Below are positions 61,834-64,000 of a stretch of 64,000 bases of DNA, one piece after another. This DNA is from Paracoccaceae bacterium (GTDB taxonomy: Bacteria > Pseudomonadota > Alphaproteobacteria > Rhodobacterales > Rhodobacteraceae). Position numbers and translations under genes: made by a program. Each line of letters opens with the position of its first letter. Positions within the stretch are counted from its first letter, which is position 1. The stretch lies in NCBI GenBank assembly GCA_024742455.1, contig JANSYL010000012.1, positions 17,849 to 81,848 of the forward strand, written 5' to 3'. Under the pieces are notes generated by a model. The model made no database searches, was not told the origin of the DNA, and worked only from the letters and a program-made list of their open reading frames with translations.

Positions 61834-61949
61834 CGGGCGCGCAACATAATTGCGGCGAACAGGCAAATATTTTACGCTTTGTTACTTTCCGCATTGCAGA
61901 GCCGTCCTAAACCGGCCTATACCGCGCAACGGAAGCAGGAGACGGCCCC

Positions 61950-62393
61950 ATGCTCGACAATTCGACCAAAGGCACGATTGTCATCGAAGACCTGGAAATC
62001 GGGATGTCCCGGTCGCTGACCAAGATCGTCACCGACCGTGATATCGAGATGTTCGCTGAGGTTTCGACCGACCATAACCCCGTCCATATCGATGACGATT
62101 ATGCGCGCGACACGATCTTCGAAGGCCGGATCGCCCATGGTATGCTGACCGCCGGCCTGATCTCGGCCGTCATAGGCGAACAGCTGCCCGGTCACGGCAC
62201 CGTCTATCTGGGTCAGACCCTGAAATTCATGGCCCCCGTCCGTCCCGGCGACCTTGTCCATGCCGAGGTCGCAGTGACCGATATCGACCACCGCAAACGC
62301 CGCGTCACGCTGGATACCCATTGCAAGGTCGATGACACCGTGGTCCTGAAGGGTGAGGCGGTCGTGCTGGCCCCGTCGCGGAAATTCGACTGA
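61950..62393 (+). CDS. MaoC family dehydratase ((R)-specific enoyl-CoA hydratase-like)
   Basis: The hot-dog fold motif reads FAEVSTDHNPVHIDDDYARDTIFEGRIAHGML. Confidence 0.88.
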   Translation: MLDNSTKGTIVIEDLEIGMSRSLTKIVTDRDIEMFAEVSTDHNPVHIDDDYARDTIFEGRIAHGMLTAGLISAVIGEQLPGHGTVYLGQTLKFMAPVRPGDLVHAEVAVTDIDHRKRRVTLDTHCKVDDTVVLKGEAVVLAPSRKFD

Positions 62394-62506
62394 ACCGAAT
62401 GACCTGACGTTCCGCTTTCCCGATTTTCCATCGTCCGTTTTCAGGCCCGACATCCGCATCAGAGGCACCGCTTGCCCTGCCCGGTGCACGCCGCTAAGCC
62501 GCCCCC

Positions 62507-63433
62507 ATGCGCATTGTCCGCGACCCGCAATATACGCCCAAAGCACTTACCGGGGCCTCGGCCGCGATCGGCAATTTCGACGGCGTGCATCTGGGCCATC
62601 AGCATGTGCTGGACCTGGCCCGGCGCGGCGGCACGCCGCTGGGCGTCGTGACGTTCGAACCGCACCCCCGGGAATTCTTCGCCCCCACCGCGCCGCCCTT
62701 CCGCCTGATGAATGCCGAGGCGCGCGCGCACCGGCTGGAAAAACTGGGCGTCGAGATGCTGGCCGAACTGCCCTTTGATGCCAGCCTCGCCGCCCTCAGC
62801 CCCGAAGCCTTCGCGCGCGAGGTGCTGGCCGAGGGGCTGAAGCTTTCCCATGTCGTTGTCGGCGCCGATTTCTGTTTCGGCAAGGGGCGGGCGGGCAAGG
62901 CCGAAGACCTGCGCGAATTCGGCGCCGCGATGGGGTTCGACGTAACGATCGCCGAGCTTCTGACCGGCGGGGTCACGCCCGTGTCCTCCACCGCGATCCG
63001 CACCGCGCTCGCTGCGGGTGATCCGGCAGCGGCGGCCCGGATGCTGGGCCATTGGCACCGGATCGAGGGGCCCGTGCTGCACGGTGAAAAACGTGGCCGC
63101 GCGCTGGGCTATCCCACCGCGAACATGTCGATGGAAGGGCTGCACCTGCCCAAACCCGGCGTCTACGCCGTTCTGGTCGATATCCTCGAAGGGCCTGAGG
63201 CGGGCACCTATCGGGGGGTGGCCAATCTCGGCTTTCGCCCGATGTTCGAACGCACGGCCCCGAACCTCGAAACGCATCTTTTCGATTACTCGGGCGATCT
63301 TTACGGCCAGCACCTGTCGGTCGGTCTGGTCGCACATCTCAGGGACGAGGCGAAATTCGACGGCATCGAGGCGCTGATCGCCCAGATGCACGAGGACAGC
63401 GCCGCCGCCCGCCACATCCTGGCCACACTATGA
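62507..63433 (+). CDS. ribF: Bifunctional riboflavin kinase / FAD synthetase
   Basis: Has the GNFDGVHLGHQ and SSTAIR motifs, and the riboflavin kinase motifs GRALGYPTAN and LETHLFD. Confidence 0.93.
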   Translation: MRIVRDPQYTPKALTGASAAIGNFDGVHLGHQHVLDLARRGGTPLGVVTFEPHPREFFAPTAPPFRLMNAEARAHRLEKLGVEMLAELPFDASLAALSPEAFAREVLAEGLKLSHVVVGADFCFGKGRAGKAEDLREFGAAMGFDVTIAELLTGGVTPVSSTAIRTALAAGDPAAAARMLGHWHRIEGPVLHGEKRGRALGYPTANMSMEGLHLPKPGVYAVLVDILEGPEAGTYRGVANLGFRPMFERTAPNLETHLFDYSGDLYGQHLSVGLVAHLRDEAKFDGIEALIAQMHEDSAAARHILATL

Positions 63434-63876
63434 GGGACAGGTTCTGGGAACGGGTGCCGATGGCCCGCATGACACCCGAGGAGTGGGAGGCGCTCTGCGA
63501 CGGCTGCGGCAAATGCTGCCTGAACAAGCTCGAAGACGAGGAGACGCAGGAAATCGCCTTCACCCGCGTCGCCTGTCGCCTGCTCGATGACACGACCTGT
63601 CGCTGCGGCAACTACGAAATCCGCAAGACGCTGGTGCCCGAATGCATCCACCTGACGCCCGCGACGATGCGGGATGTGGCCTATTTCATGCCCGAAACCT
63701 GCGCCTATCGCCTGCTGCATGAGGGCAAGCCGCTGCGCTGGTGGCACCCGCTGGTGTCGGGCGATCCGGACAGCGTGCATCAGGCCGGCATCAGCGTGCA
63801 GGGGATCACCGTGCCCGAATTCGAGGTGCCGGAAGAAGAATGGGAGGATTACGTGATCGAGGAACCCGGCACATGA
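63430..63876 (+). CDS. YcgN family cysteine-cluster protein (UPF0260)
   Basis: The segments WEALCDGCGKCCLNKLEDEET, CRLLD..TCRC..Y and WWHPLVSGD are typical of YcgN. It overlaps ribF by 4 nt. Confidence 0.85.
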   Translation: MRDRFWERVPMARMTPEEWEALCDGCGKCCLNKLEDEETQEIAFTRVACRLLDDTTCRCGNYEIRKTLVPECIHLTPATMRDVAYFMPETCAYRLLHEGKPLRWWHPLVSGDPDSVHQAGISVQGITVPEFEVPEEEWEDYVIEEPGT

Positions 63877-64000
63877 TCTTTGCCTCGGACAATGCAGGCC
63901 CCGCCCACCCGCGCGTGATGGAGGCGGTGATGGCCGCCAATGCCGGCCACGCGATGCCCTATGGCAATGACGATATCACCCGTGCCGCACGCGCCGCTGT
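63873..64000 (+). CDS. Low-specificity L-threonine aldolase (beta-eliminating lyase family), N-terminal fragment; continues beyond the window
   Basis: MIFASDNAGPAHPRVMEAVMAANAGHAMPYGNDDITRAA resembles the threonine aldolase N-terminus. The ATG overlaps the upstream TGA. Confidence 0.6.
   Translation, partial: MIFASDNAGPAHPRVMEAVMAANAGHAMPYGNDDITRAARAA

Overview
This is a GC-rich, gene-dense chromosomal segment (about two-thirds G+C by eye, with third codon positions strongly G/C). Protein sequences and gene order suggest an alphaproteobacterium, probably Rhodobacterales; that is inference, since no search was run.

I can support about 65 protein-coding genes, nearly all core housekeeping:
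- Purine synthesis: purD, purE, purK.
- Cofactors: moaA, cobT, cobS, ribF, nadE.
- Envelope and lipoprotein handling: lolDE, lgt.
- Stress: CIRCE-controlled groESL and hsp20.
- Other: xseA, tdk, proC, trxB, kynU, a kefC-type antiporter, ppaC, and the conserved carD-fdxA-S4-helicase block.

I found no tRNA or rRNA genes, CRISPR arrays, transposases, integrases or prophage content. Many very long ORFs in the track (up to 1161 aa) are antisense or off-frame artefacts of the GC content. Many real genes start well inside the listed ORF, so I re-derived those starts from the sequence.

The least ordinary part is 37.3-44.4 kb. It holds a TPR-sulfotransferase, a second unannotated sulfotransferase-fold gene and a PAPS synthase (ATP sulfurylase plus APS kinase). 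The PAPS synthase reading frame continues without a stop from an EPS-associated MarR-type winged-helix domain, and two related palindromes sit in its promoter region.

Other items worth a second look:
- a modular hairpin and repeat array downstream of groEL
- a tightly coupled four-gene operon with an orphan PhnM-like amidohydrolase
- a 43-aa basic ORF with its own Shine-Dalgarno sequence and terminator
- an amber-interrupted membrane ORF after nadE
- an S4-domain gene with no canonical start codon
- a secreted protein with 19 MORN repeats

All family names come from motifs I recognise by eye. No database search or computation was run.
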